Positions 36,469 through 46,600 of a stretch of 64,000 bases of DNA are shown here, piece after piece. The notes under the pieces are model-generated. The model searched no databases, was not told the origin of the DNA, and was given only the letters and a program-made list of their open reading frames with translations. This stretch comes from Lysobacterales bacterium (GTDB taxonomy: Bacteria > Pseudomonadota > Gammaproteobacteria > Xanthomonadales > BPKI01). Position 1 is the stretch's first letter; each line of letters opens with the position of its first letter. Location: assembly GCA_033582715.1 (NCBI GenBank), contig JAVQZZ010000001.1, positions 206,716-270,715 of the forward strand, written 5' to 3'. A program made the position numbers and the translations under genes.

Positions 36469-37161
36469 GTGAGCGTCGCCGCGACCCCGAGACGAGTGCC
36501 CGCCGTCGAGCGGAGCACGGGAGGACCCCCGCGCCTGGCCGTGGTCTGGCTCCACGGCCTCGGGGCCGACGGCCACGACTTCGAGCCGATCGTGCCCGAG
36601 CTCGTGCGCCCGCATTGGCCGGGGCTGCGCTTCGTCTTCCCGCACGCGCCCTTCCGGCCGGTGACGATCAACGGCGGCATGGCGATGCGCGCCTGGTACG
36701 ACATCGCCGCGCTCGACCTCGCCGCGGGCGAGGACGAGGCCGGGATCCGCGAATCGGTCGCGATCGCCGAGGCGCTGATCGCGCGCGAGGGCGAGCGCGG
36801 GATCCCGCCGGCGCGGGTGTTCCTGGCCGGCTTCTCGCAGGGCGCGGCGATCGCGCTCGCCACCCTCCTCCGGCGCCGCCAGCCGCTCGCCGGGGTGATC
36901 GCGCTGAGCGGCTACCTGCCGCTCGCCGCCGCGAGCGCCGCCGAGGCCACGCCGGAGAGCCGCTCCATCCCGGCCTTCATGGCCCACGGGCGCCTCGACG
37001 AGGTGGTGCCGGAAGCCCTCGGGCGGGCGAGCCGCGATCGGCTGCGCGCGCTCGGCTACGCCGTGAGCTGGCACGACTACCCGATGGCCCACCAGGTCTG
37101 CGCGGAAGAGATCGCCGACCTTGGCGACTGGCTCGACGCCCGCATCGCCGGAGCCGGCTGA
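36469..37161 (+). CDS. alpha/beta-hydrolase carboxylesterase/phospholipase family protein, intact
   Basis: VVWLHGLGADGHDF, the nucleophile elbow GFSQGA, and a C-terminal catalytic region DEVVP...YPMAHQV. Confidence 0.8.
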   Translation: MSVAATPRRVPAVERSTGGPPRLAVVWLHGLGADGHDFEPIVPELVRPHWPGLRFVFPHAPFRPVTINGGMAMRAWYDIAALDLAAGEDEAGIRESVAIAEALIAREGERGIPPARVFLAGFSQGAAIALATLLRRRQPLAGVIALSGYLPLAAASAAEATPESRSIPAFMAHGRLDEVVPEALGRASRDRLRALGYAVSWHDYPMAHQVCAEEIADLGDWLDARIAGAG

Positions 37162-38185
37162 AAGGCCGCCCTGGCTTCCGGATTTCTGCAGCCTGCCGGT
37201 GCTCGGGGCGGTGATGGCCACGGCGCTGGCGCTGGTCGCGGTGATCGCGGTGGTCACGGGCGAGGATCCGCGGCAGGCGCCGTCCTGGATCCGCATCGCC
37301 GGCATCGCCTTCCTCGCCGCCCTGATCGCGCTCGCGAGCGCGCTGCTGCTGTGCCGGCTCCGATCCTGGCTGCTGCGCCCGCCGGCGCCGGTCGGCATCG
37401 CCGCGGCGCTGCTGACCGCGGGGCTGGCGGGCTTCGCGCTGACCCTGCTCGCCGCGACCGTGGCGCGCGAGCTCGTGCCCGAGCTCGCGCTCGCGGAGGG
37501 CGCGCCGCTGCCGCTCGCGCTGAGGGCCGCCCTCCTCGCCCTGCTCGGCGCGGCGGTCGCGCTACGCTACTTCTACGTGCTCGAGCGCTGGCGGGCCGGG
37601 GTGGAGGCGCAGGCGCGCGCGGAGATGGACGCCCTGCAGGCGCGGATCCATCCCCACTTCCTGTTCAACACCCTGAACAGCATCGCCAGCCTGATCGCCA
37701 TCGACCCGGAGCGCGCGGAGCGCGCGGTCGAGGATTTCGCCGACCTGATGCGCGCCACCCTCGGGCGGCGGGGCAGCCACAGCCTCGGCGAGGAGCTGGC
37801 GCTGATCGAGCGCTACCTCGCGATCGAGAAGCTGAGGCTCGGCGAGCGCCTGGCGGTGGAGCTCGAGCTCGGGGAGGCGCCGCTCGCCCTCGAAGTCCCG
37901 GTGCTGCTGCTGCAGCCGCTGGTCGAGAACGCGGTGCTGCACGGCATCCAGCGCCTGCCCGCGGGCGGCACGGTGGCGATCCGCGCCCGCCGCGAGCCGG
38001 GCGCGCTCGTGCTCGAGGTGCGCAATCCGATCCCGGAGGGCGAGCCGGAGGGCGACGGCGGGATGCGCTTCGCGCTCGACAACATCCGCCGCCGCCTGGC
38101 GCTGCGCCACGGGCGCGCGGCCGCGCTGGCGACGCGGCGGGAGGCTGGCTACTATGCCTGCGAGCTCCGCCTGCCGCTGCCATGA
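37121..38185 (+). CDS. algZ: LytS-type sensor histidine kinase (AlgZ/FimS-like), intact
   Basis: LPDFCSLPVLGAV N-terminus, 4 TM segments, His_kinase motif IHPHFLFNTLNSIASL, and an ATPase region QPLVENAVLHGI. Sits directly upstream of a LytTR regulator and hemC, as in Pseudomonas algZ-algR-hemC. Confidence 0.75.
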   Translation: MATGSTPASPEPAERPPWLPDFCSLPVLGAVMATALALVAVIAVVTGEDPRQAPSWIRIAGIAFLAALIALASALLLCRLRSWLLRPPAPVGIAAALLTAGLAGFALTLLAATVARELVPELALAEGAPLPLALRAALLALLGAAVALRYFYVLERWRAGVEAQARAEMDALQARIHPHFLFNTLNSIASLIAIDPERAERAVEDFADLMRATLGRRGSHSLGEELALIERYLAIEKLRLGERLAVELELGEAPLALEVPVLLLQPLVENAVLHGIQRLPAGGTVAIRARREPGALVLEVRNPIPEGEPEGDGGMRFALDNIRRRLALRHGRAAALATRREAGYYACELRLPLP

Positions 38186-38919
38186 GGGTGCTGATCGCCG
38201 ACGACGAGCCGCTCGCCCGGGCGCGGCTGCGCGCGTTCCTCGGGGCGATCGAGGGCGTCGAGTGCGTGGGCGAGGCCGGGAGCGGGCGCGAGGCGGTGGA
38301 GCGGAGCGCCGCGCTCGGCGCCGAGGTGGTGCTGCTCGACATCCGCATGCCCGACATGGACGGCCTCGAGGCCGCGCGGCACCTGCTCCGCCTCGAGCGG
38401 CCGCCGGCGGTGATCTTCTGCACCGCCTACGAGGACCACGCGGTGGCCGCCTTCGAGGCCGAGGCGATCGATTACCTGCTCAAGCCGGTGCGCCGCGAGC
38501 GGCTGCTGGAGGCGCTGCGGCGGGCGCGGCGGGCGCTCGATGCGCGCTCGCTCGCCGCGCTCGAGCGCCGCGCCGGCCGGGATGGCGCCCGCAGCCATCT
38601 CTGCGCGAGGCTGCGCGGCGAGCTCAAGCTGATCCCGATCGACGCCGTGAGCCACCTCCAGGCCGAGGACAAGTACGTGGTCGCTTACCACGCCGGCGGC
38701 AGCGATCTGCTCGACGAATCGCTCAGGCAGCTCGAGCGGGAGTTCGGCGACCGCTTCGTGCGCATCCACCGCAACTGCCTGGTCGCGCGCGCGCGCATCC
38801 GCGCCCTGCGGCGCCGCGCCGACGGCGGGGTGGCGGTGGAGCTCGCCGGCGTGGGCACGCCCCTCGAAGTCAGCCGGCGCTGCGTGGCGGCGCTGCGCCG
38901 GCTGCTGGAGTCGCTTTGA
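38182..38919 (+). CDS. algR: LytTR-family response regulator (AlgR-like), intact
   Basis: The REC domain MRVLIADDEPLARARL...LLDIRMPDMDG...DYLLKP, and the LytTR domain IPIDAVSHLQAEDKYVVAYH...FVRIHRNCLV. ATGA overlap with the kinase gene. Confidence 0.8.
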   Translation: MRVLIADDEPLARARLRAFLGAIEGVECVGEAGSGREAVERSAALGAEVVLLDIRMPDMDGLEAARHLLRLERPPAVIFCTAYEDHAVAAFEAEAIDYLLKPVRRERLLEALRRARRALDARSLAALERRAGRDGARSHLCARLRGELKLIPIDAVSHLQAEDKYVVAYHAGGSDLLDESLRQLEREFGDRFVRIHRNCLVARARIRALRRRADGGVAVELAGVGTPLEVSRRCVAALRRLLESL

Positions 38920-39848
38920 GGCTGGTGATCGCCACCCGGCGCAGCCCGCTGGCGCTGCGCCAGAGCGAGCTGGCGGCCGCCGCGCTCAAGGCGCTCGAGC
39001 CCGCCCTCGAGATCGCCTTCCTGCCGCTCGTCACCAGCGGCGACCGGATCCTCGACCGCGCGCTGGCCGAGCTGGGCGGCAAGGGCCTGTTCCTCAAGGA
39101 GCTCGAGGAGGCGCTGCGCGACCGGCGCGCCGACCTCGCGGTGCACTCGCTCAAGGACGTGCCGGCGGAGCTCGCGCCCGGGCTCTGTCTCGGTGCGGTG
39201 CTGCCGCGGGAGGACCCGCGCGACGCGCTGGTGAGCGAGCGCTTCGCGAGCCTCGCCGCCCTTCCCGCGGGGGCGCGGGTGGGGACGAGCTCGCCGCGGC
39301 GCGCGGCGCTGCTCCGGGCCCTGCGCCCGGAGCTCGACGTCGTGCCGCTGCGCGGCAACGTCGGCACCAGGCTCGGCAAGCTGGCGCGGGGCGAGTACGA
39401 TGCCCTGATCATGGCCGCCGCGGGGCTGCTTCGGCTCGGCGAGGGTGCACGGATCCGGGAGTGGCTCGACCCCGAGCGTTTCGTGCCCGCGGTCGGGCAG
39501 GGGGTGATCGCGATCGAATGCCGCGAGGAGGACGGCGAGCTCCGCGGACTGCTCGCCGCCCTCGACCACGCGCCGACCCGGATCGCCGCCCGCGCCGAGC
39601 GCGCCTTCGCCGCCGCCCTCGGCGGCCACTGTCAGCTTCCGGTCGCCGCTTACGCGCGCTGGCAGGGCGAGGACCTCGTGCTGCGCGCGATGGTCGTGGC
39701 CGCCGACGGCCGGCCGCTCGCCGCCGAGGCGCGCGGGGCGCCGGCCGAGCCCGAGGCTCTCGGCCGGGCGCTGGCCGAGCGGCTGCGCGCCGCCGAGCGC
39801 GCCGGCGAAGGCGCGCTCGCCCTCGCGCCGCTGGTGGCGCCGCGATGA
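38916..39848 (+). CDS. hemC: hydroxymethylbilane synthase (porphobilinogen deaminase) HemC, intact; TTG start
   Basis: LVIATRRSPLALRQSE, GGKGLFLKELEEAL, DLAVHSLKDVP, VGTSSPRRAALL, RGNVGTRLGKL and GGHCQLPVAAYA. Confidence 0.9.
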   Translation: MRLVIATRRSPLALRQSELAAAALKALEPALEIAFLPLVTSGDRILDRALAELGGKGLFLKELEEALRDRRADLAVHSLKDVPAELAPGLCLGAVLPREDPRDALVSERFASLAALPAGARVGTSSPRRAALLRALRPELDVVPLRGNVGTRLGKLARGEYDALIMAAAGLLRLGEGARIREWLDPERFVPAVGQGVIAIECREEDGELRGLLAALDHAPTRIAARAERAFAAALGGHCQLPVAAYARWQGEDLVLRAMVVAADGRPLAAEARGAPAEPEALGRALAERLRAAERAGEGALALAPLVAPR

Positions 39849-41527
39849 GCGTGACCCTGCTGCTGGCCGCGCTGCTCGCCGGCAACCGCCCGGTCGGCGC
39901 GCCCTTCGCCACCCGCTCGGAGGTCTGGGCGCCCACCGCGATGGTCGCGAGCTCGCATCCCCTCGCCACCCAGATCGGTCTCGAGGTGATGCGGCAGGGG
40001 GGCAACGCGCTCGACGCCGCGATCGCGGCCAATGCCGCATTGACCCTGATGGAGCCGACCGGCTGCGGTCTCGGCGGCGACCTGTTCGCCCTGGTCTGGG
40101 ATCCGAAGACGCGCCGGCTCCACGGCTACAACGGCTCGGGGCGCTCGCCGCGCTCCCTCACCCTCGCCCGGCTGCGGGCGATGGGGCTGAGCGCGATCCC
40201 GAGCCGCGGCCCGCTGCCGGTGACCGTTCCCGGCGTGGTGGAGGCCTGGTTCGCGCTGCACGCGCGCTTCGGCCGGAAGCCGATGGCGGAGCTCCTCGCG
40301 CCGACCATCCGCTACGCCCGCGAGGGCCACCCGGTGCCCGAGGTGATCGCCGACGCCTGGGCGCGCTCGGTGCCGCTGCTCGAGCGCTTCCCGGGCTTCC
40401 GCGAGCAGTTCACCCTCGACGGGCGGGCGCCGCGGAAGGGGGAGCGCTGGCGCAACCCGAACCTCGCCCGCACCCTCGAGCGCATCGCCGAGGGCGGAGC
40501 CGAGGCCTTCTACCGTGGCGAGATCGCGGAGCGGATCGTCGCGTACCTGCGCGAGCAGGGCGGCTTCCTCGAGCTCGAGGACCTCGCCGCCCACCGCGGC
40601 GAGTGGGTCGAGCCGCTCTCCGCCGAGTACCGCGGCGTGCGGGTGTGGCAGCTGCCGCCGAACGGCCAGGGGGCGACCACCCTGCTCATGCTCAACATCC
40701 TCGAGCACTTCGACTTCACGCGCATCCCCTTCGGCTCCGCGGAGCACGTGCACCTCTTCGTCGAGGCCAAGAAGCTCGCCTTCGAGTACCGCGCCCGCCA
40801 CTTCGCGGATCCCGCCTTCGCCGCGCTGCCGGTGGCGGCGCTGCTCGAGGAGGGGCTCGCCCGCGAGCTCGCGCGCCGGATCGACCGCGAGCGCGCCCTG
40901 CTCGCCTTCACCCCCGATCCGCTGCCGCTCGCGACCGGGGACACGGTCTATCTCGCCACCGCCGACGGCGAGGGCCGCATGGTGAGCCTGATCCAGTCGA
41001 ACTTCCGCGGCATGGGCTCGGGGATGGCCCCTCCGGGGCTGGGCTTCGTGCTCCAGAACCGCGGCGAGCAGTTCGTGCTGCGCGAGGACCATGCGAACGC
41101 CTACGCACCCGGCAAGCGCCCCTTCCACACGATCATGCCGGGCTTCCTCACCCGCGGCGGCGAGCCCTGGGTCGCCTTCGGGGTGATGGCCGGCGACATG
41201 CAGCCCCAGGGCCAGGCGCAGATCGTGATGAACCTCGTCGACTTCGGCATGAGCCTGCAGGAGGCCGGGGACGCGCCGCGGATCCACCATGGCGGCTCGA
41301 CCGAGCCGGCGGGCCAGGCCGAGGCGATGGCCGACGGCGGTGAGCTCCACCTCGAGCCGGGCTTCGCCGAGACGACGGTGCGCGAGCTGCTGCGGCGCGG
41401 ACACCGGATCGTCGCCGCGCCGGCCGCCGTCTTCGGCGGCTACCAGGCGATCCTGCGCGACCCCGAGACCGGCGCCTACGCCGGCGCCAGCGAGTCGCGC
41501 AAGGACGGCCAGGCCGCGGGATTCTGA
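39845..41527 (+). CDS. ggt: gamma-glutamyltransferase family protein, intact (560 aa)
   Basis: MVASSHPLATQIGLEVMRQGGNALDAAIA, EPTGCGLGGDLFAL, the nucleophile region GDTVYLATAD, and GMAPPGLGFVLQNRG. ATGA overlap with hemC. Confidence 0.85.
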   Translation: MSVTLLLAALLAGNRPVGAPFATRSEVWAPTAMVASSHPLATQIGLEVMRQGGNALDAAIAANAALTLMEPTGCGLGGDLFALVWDPKTRRLHGYNGSGRSPRSLTLARLRAMGLSAIPSRGPLPVTVPGVVEAWFALHARFGRKPMAELLAPTIRYAREGHPVPEVIADAWARSVPLLERFPGFREQFTLDGRAPRKGERWRNPNLARTLERIAEGGAEAFYRGEIAERIVAYLREQGGFLELEDLAAHRGEWVEPLSAEYRGVRVWQLPPNGQGATTLLMLNILEHFDFTRIPFGSAEHVHLFVEAKKLAFEYRARHFADPAFAALPVAALLEEGLARELARRIDRERALLAFTPDPLPLATGDTVYLATADGEGRMVSLIQSNFRGMGSGMAPPGLGFVLQNRGEQFVLREDHANAYAPGKRPFHTIMPGFLTRGGEPWVAFGVMAGDMQPQGQAQIVMNLVDFGMSLQEAGDAPRIHHGGSTEPAGQAEAMADGGELHLEPGFAETTVRELLRRGHRIVAAPAAVFGGYQAILRDPETGAYAGASESRKDGQAAGF

Positions 41528-41534
41528 GCGGGCG

Positions 41535-42179
41535 ATGCGCGTCTTCCTGGCCAACGCCAAGGGCGGCTGCGGCAAGACCACGGCCGCGGTCACCCTCGCC
41601 GTGGCGCTGGCCCGCGCCGGCCACCGCGTGCTCCTCGCCGACGCCGACCGGCAGGGCTCGGCGAGCGCCTGGCACGCGCGGCGGCCGCGAAGCCTCGCCC
41701 CGCCGATCCCGCTCGCCGCCCTCGGCAAGCTGTCGCGGCTCGACCGGCTCGAGCCCGAGGCGGGGCCGGCGGTGGTCGACTGCCGCGCCGGCCTCGACCC
41801 GGAGGCGCTCGGCGAGCGGCTCCGACGCGGCGACCTGGTGCTGGTGCCGGTGCTGCCCTCGCCGCTCGACCTCGAGGCCAGCCTGGCCTTCCTGCGGGGG
41901 CTCGCGCGCGAAGGGCAAGTCGCCCGCGGCCGCGCCGGGGTGCTGGTCTTCCTCAACCGCAGCCGCCCGGAGGGCCGGGCCACGGCCGCGGTGCGGGCGG
42001 CGCTCGCGGAGGCGGGGTGGCCGCCGCGCGCCGAGATCCGCGAGGCGAGCGCCTATGCGCTGGCCGGCTTCCTCGGCAAGAGCCTGTTCGACTACGAGGG
42101 CGAGGCGGCGCGCGAGCGCCAGCGCGACTGGGAGCCGCTGCTCGCGGCGATCGCCGAAGCGGCCCCTCAGAAGCCGTAG
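41535..42179 (+). CDS. orphan ParA/MinD-like P-loop ATPase (214 aa), intact
   Basis: Deviant Walker A ANAKGGCGKTT and VLLADADRQGS. No ParB-like gene adjacent. Confidence 0.75.
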   Translation: MRVFLANAKGGCGKTTAAVTLAVALARAGHRVLLADADRQGSASAWHARRPRSLAPPIPLAALGKLSRLDRLEPEAGPAVVDCRAGLDPEALGERLRRGDLVLVPVLPSPLDLEASLAFLRGLAREGQVARGRAGVLVFLNRSRPEGRATAAVRAALAEAGWPPRAEIREASAYALAGFLGKSLFDYEGEAARERQRDWEPLLAAIAEAAPQKP

Positions 42180-42952
42180 GCCGAGAAGCCGCCGTCGACC
42201 GCCAGCACCTGGCCGGTGATCCAGCGGGCGGCGGGCAGGCAGAGGAAGGCCACCGCGGCCGCGACCTCTTCGGGCTCGCCGATGCGGGCGAGGGGAGTGC
42301 GGGCGAGCACCGCCTCGCGGTAGTCGGGATCGGCGAGCGCCGGAGCGGTGCGGCGGGTGCGCACGTACCAGGGGGCCACCGCGTTCACCCGGATGCCGTC
42401 GGCCGCCCACTCGCAGGCCAGGGAGCGGGTCATCTGGTGCAGGGCGGCCTTGGCCATGGCGTAGGGCGCGCCGGTGCCGACGTGGACGAGACCGGCCACC
42501 GAGCCGACGTTGACCACCGCCGAGGCCGGATGGCGGGCGAGCCAGGGATGGGCGAGGCGGCTGAGCTCGAAGCTCGCGAAGACGTTGAGCTCGAACAGCC
42601 GCCGCCACTCCGCCTCGGCGAAGGCGAGGGCCGGGCGGGTGAGGTTGTCGCCGACGTTGTTGACCAGCAGGCTGAACTCGGCGCCGAGGTCGGTCAGCCA
42701 GTCGAAGAGCTCGAGCCGCTGCTCGCCGTCGGCGAGATCGGCGGCGAGCAGCCGCACCCGCCGAGCCGGAAAGCGCTCGGCCAGCTCCTCGGCGGCGGCC
42801 TCGAGCGGCTCGCGCTCGCGGGCGACGAGCAGCAGGTCCGCGCCCAGGGCGGCGAGCTCGCGGGCGCAGGCGAGGCCGATGCCGCGGGAGGCGCCGGCGA
42901 TCAGCGCCGTTTGCCCGCGAAGCGACCAGCGCTCCGGGAGTTCCTCGGTCAC
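42167..42952 (-). CDS. SDR-family oxidoreductase (tropinone-reductase-like), intact; GTG start
   Basis: ALIAGASRGIGLA, LVNNVG, catalytic YAMAKAAL, and WITGQVLAVDGGF. Confidence 0.85.
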   Translation of the reverse strand: MTEELPERWSLRGQTALIAGASRGIGLACARELAALGADLLLVAREREPLEAAAEELAERFPARRVRLLAADLADGEQRLELFDWLTDLGAEFSLLVNNVGDNLTRPALAFAEAEWRRLFELNVFASFELSRLAHPWLARHPASAVVNVGSVAGLVHVGTGAPYAMAKAALHQMTRSLACEWAADGIRVNAVAPWYVRTRRTAPALADPDYREAVLARTPLARIGEPEEVAAAVAFLCLPAARWITGQVLAVDGGFSAYGF

Positions 42953-42993
42953 CGGGGTAGGATAGCGGCGCCGGCTCCCTGCGACCGACCGCG

Positions 42994-43479
42994 ATGCGCC
43001 GCCTGCCTTGGCTGCTGCTGCCTCTGCTCGCCGCCTGCGCGGCGGAGGACTGCCCGCCCGATCCCGCCGCGCTCGGCCGCGAGGAGGGCCGCGAGGGGCT
43101 GGCGGCGAGCCTGCCGAGCGCCCGCTGCCCGCTCGCGGGCGAGCGCCTGCTCGCCTACCAGGCGGCCTACCGCCAGGGGCTGTCGGGCTACTGCAGCGGC
43201 AGGCGCGGCTGGATCGAGGGCCAGCGCGGGCGCGAGGATCCCGCCCCCTGCCGGGAGAGCGAGCACCCCGACTTCGTGCAGGCCCTGCGCCTCGGCGCCG
43301 AGTACGCGCGCTTCGCCACCGAGGTCGAGGGATTGCGGCGCGAACTCCAGCACCTGCCCGCGGACGGGCAGGCGGAAGCGGTCCGCCGCATCCAGCGGGC
43401 GCTCGCCGAGATGGAGGCGATCCGCGGGGTGGCCACGGTGCGGGGCTGGACCGGGAGCCGCGGGGACGGGCCCGGCTGA
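42994..43479 (+). CDS. DUF2799-like lipoprotein, intact
   Basis: Lipobox LLPLLAAC. Cys-spaced repeats (GREEGREGL...C...YQAAYRQGLSGYC...GWIEGQRG) and a C-terminal coiled coil. Confidence 0.6.
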   Translation: MRRLPWLLLPLLAACAAEDCPPDPAALGREEGREGLAASLPSARCPLAGERLLAYQAAYRQGLSGYCSGRRGWIEGQRGREDPAPCRESEHPDFVQALRLGAEYARFATEVEGLRRELQHLPADGQAEAVRRIQRALAEMEAIRGVATVRGWTGSRGDGPG

Positions 43480-43485
43480 GGTGTC

Positions 43486-43535
43486 GCGCCCGCGGCGGCC
43501 TCCCGCGTTGTCGAGGGAGGATCGCCGCGGGGGCG
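43486..43535 (+). terminator. nested GC-rich stem-loop just after the DUF2799 stop (candidate terminator or attenuator, no U-tract)
   Basis: The outer arms GCGCCCGCGGCGG / CGCCGCGGGGGCG enclose the inner hairpin CCTCCC-gcgttgtcga-GGGAGG. Confidence 0.35.
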
Positions 43536-43619
43536 GCATTCGCCCGCGCCGGCCCTCGACGACGCGAGGCAGGCCGCGTGCTACCCTGCGTGCCCCTCCG
43601 CGCCGCGAGGTCCCCGGCG

Positions 43620-46600
43620 ATGAGCGCCCTGCCCCTGCTCGCCCTGCTCCTGCTCGCCCAAGGCGAGGGGAAGCCCGCCTGGAACGTCAACGACCCGCCG
43701 GGCCCCAAGCGGACCGTCCGCTTCACGGTCGAGGAGGGGACCTGGATGAACCTCGACGTGTCCCCGGACGGCCGACGGATCGTCTTCGACCTGCTCGGAG
43801 ACCTCTACCTGCTGCCGATCGAGGGCGGTGAGGCGCAGCCGCTGCTCGTCGAGCACGCCCACGCCATGCACCCGCGCTTCTCGCCCGACGGGCGCTTCGT
43901 CGCCTTCACCTCCGACCGCGGCGGCGGGGACAATCTGTGGATCCTGCCGGTCGCGGGCGGCGAGCCGCGGCAGGTGACGCGCGAGGACTACCGGCTGCTC
44001 GCGAATCCGGTGTGGACGCCGGACGGGGAGTACCTGATCGGGCGCAAGCACTTCACCTCGACCCGCTCGCTCGGTGCCGGCGAGATGTGGATCTACCACC
44101 GCTCCGGCGGCTCCGGGCTGCCGCTCACCTCGCGCAAGAACGACCAGCAAGACGTCAACGAGCCGGCGCTCTCCCCCGATGGCCGCCACCTCTACTTCAG
44201 CGAGGACATGAGCGGCGGCGAGACCTTCGAGTACAACAAGAATCCGCACGGGACCATCTACGTCATCCGCAGGCTCGACCGGGAGAGCGGGGAGATCGAG
44301 GACCTGATCCGGATCCCCGGCGGCGCGGTGCGCCCCCAGCCCTCGCCCGACGGCCGCTGGCTGGCCTTCGTGCGCCGGGTGCGGGAGCGCAGCGTGCTCT
44401 CCCTCTTCGACCTGCGCAGCGGCGAGATCCGCGCGCTCTGGGACGGCCTCTCGCACGACCAGCAGGAGGCGTGGGCGATCCACGGCGTCTACCCCAACTA
44501 CCAGTGGCTGCCGGACGCGAGCGCGATCGTGATCTGGGCGCGCGGCGGGCTGTGGCGGGTCGCGGTGCCGGAGGGGCGCGCGGAGCGCATCCCCTTCCGG
44601 GTCACGGTGGAGAAGACCCTGATCGAGCCGGTGCGCCACCGCTTCCGCGTGGAGCGCGAGCGCTTCCGCGCGCGGATGCTTCGCGATCTCGCGATCAGCC
44701 CGGACGGGCGCACGGCGGTGTTCCACGCCGTGGGCCGGCTGTGGCGGATGCGGCTGCCGGATGGCAGGCCGGAGCGGCTCACGCGCCGCGAGGGCGAGTT
44801 CGAGTATCAGCCCGCCTTCGCCCCTGACGGGCGCAGCCTGCTCTACGTGAGCTGGTCGGACGCGGAGACCAGCGCGATCCGCGAGGTCAGCCTGGACGGA
44901 CGCCGCAACCGGCGGCTCACCGCGGCACCGGGCTTCTACGCCCACCCGAGCTACTCCCCGGACGGGCGCCGCATCCTCTACCAGCGCGGCCGACCGCACG
45001 GCCTGCTCGACTACCGATTCGGCCTCGAGTCGGGCATCTATGTGATGGAGGCCGACGGCAGCGCCGCGCGGCGGATCAGCCGCAACGGCTTCGCGCCGCA
45101 GTGGCACCCGCGCGGCGACCGGGTGTTCTTCCAGACCGGCCAGGGGCTCCAGCGCAAGCTCGAGAGCGTCGACCTCCACGGCGCCGAGCGGCGCGAGCAC
45201 CTCGCGCTCAGGTACCCGACCGAACTCGCGGTCAGCCCCGACGGCCGCTTCGTCGCCTTCGTCGAGCACTTCGAGGTTTACGTCGCCGCCCTGCCCGAGA
45301 CCGGACGGCCGGTCGAGCTCGGGCGCGAGAGCAAGGCCGTGCCGGTGGCGCGGGTGAGCGGCGACTCCGGCAGCGCGCCGGTGTGGTCGGCGGACGGCCG
45401 GCGGCTCCACTGGCTGCTCGGCCCCCGCCTCTACACCCGGGAGCTGCGCGAGAGCTTCGCCTTCCTCGAGGGCGCGCCGCAGCCGCTGCCCGAGCCCGGG
45501 CAGACGCCGTACCAGGAGATCGTCCTCGAGCTGCCGGTGGAGCGCCCGCGGGGCCGGCTCGCGCTCAGGAACGGCACCATCCTCACCCTGCGCGGCGAGG
45601 AGCGGATCGAGCGCGGCACCGTGCTCATCGAGGGCGACCGGATCGCCGCGGTCGGGACCGGGGTGGAGGTGCCGGCGGATGCCAGGGTGCTCGATCTCGA
45701 GGGCCGGACGGTGATCCCGGGGCTGATCGACGTCCATGCCCATGCCTCCCACTTCCACCGCGGCATCTCGCCGCAGGCCAACTGGGCCTACGAGGCCAAT
45801 CTCGCCTACGGCGTCACCACCCTGCACGATCCCTCGGCGGACACCGAGACCGTGTTCTCCCAGGCGGAGCTGGTCAAGGCGGGGCTCACCGTCGGGCCGC
45901 GCATCTTCTCGACCGGCACCATCCTCTACGGGGCCGACGGCACCATCCGCGCCCAGGTGAACAGTCTCGAGGACGCCCGCGCCCACGTGCGCCGGCTGGC
46001 CGAGGTGGGGGCGATCTCGGTCAAGAGCTACAACCAGCCGCGGCGCGACCAGCGGCAGATGATCAACCAGGCGGCGCGGGAGCTCGGCCTCAACGTGGTG
46101 ATGGAGGGCGGCAGCACCTTCATGCACAACCTGACGATGCTGCTGGACGGCCCCACCGGGATCGAGCACAACCTGCCGGTGGCGCCGCTCCACGAGGACG
46201 TGCTCGCGCTCTGGTCGCGCACCCCGGTGGTCAACACCCCGACCCTCGTGGTGGCCTACGGCGGGCTCATGGGCGAGCTCTACTTCTACGATCGCGATCA
46301 GGTCTTCGCCGAGGAGCGGCTGCTGCGCTTCTACCCGCGGGAGCTGATCGACCCGCGCGCCATCCGCCGCCAGACCGCGCCCGACTGGGACTACTACCAC
46401 CGCGAAGTGGCCCGGGCGAAGCGGGCGCTGGCCGCGCGCGGGGTGCGGATCGCGGCCGGCGGCCACGGTCAGCTCCAGGGCCTGGCCCTGCACTGGGAGC
46501 TGTGGCTGCTGGCGCAGGGCGGCTTCGCCCCGCTCGAGGCGCTGCGCGCCGCGACCCTGCACGCCGCGGAGTACCTCGGCCTGGCCGAGGACCTGGGCAC

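Noticed and set aside
41535-42179. ParA-like gene as evidence of an integrated plasmid or secondary replicon
   Set aside because: There is no parB, rep, relaxase or conjugation gene, and the flanking genes are ordinary chromosomal metabolism genes.
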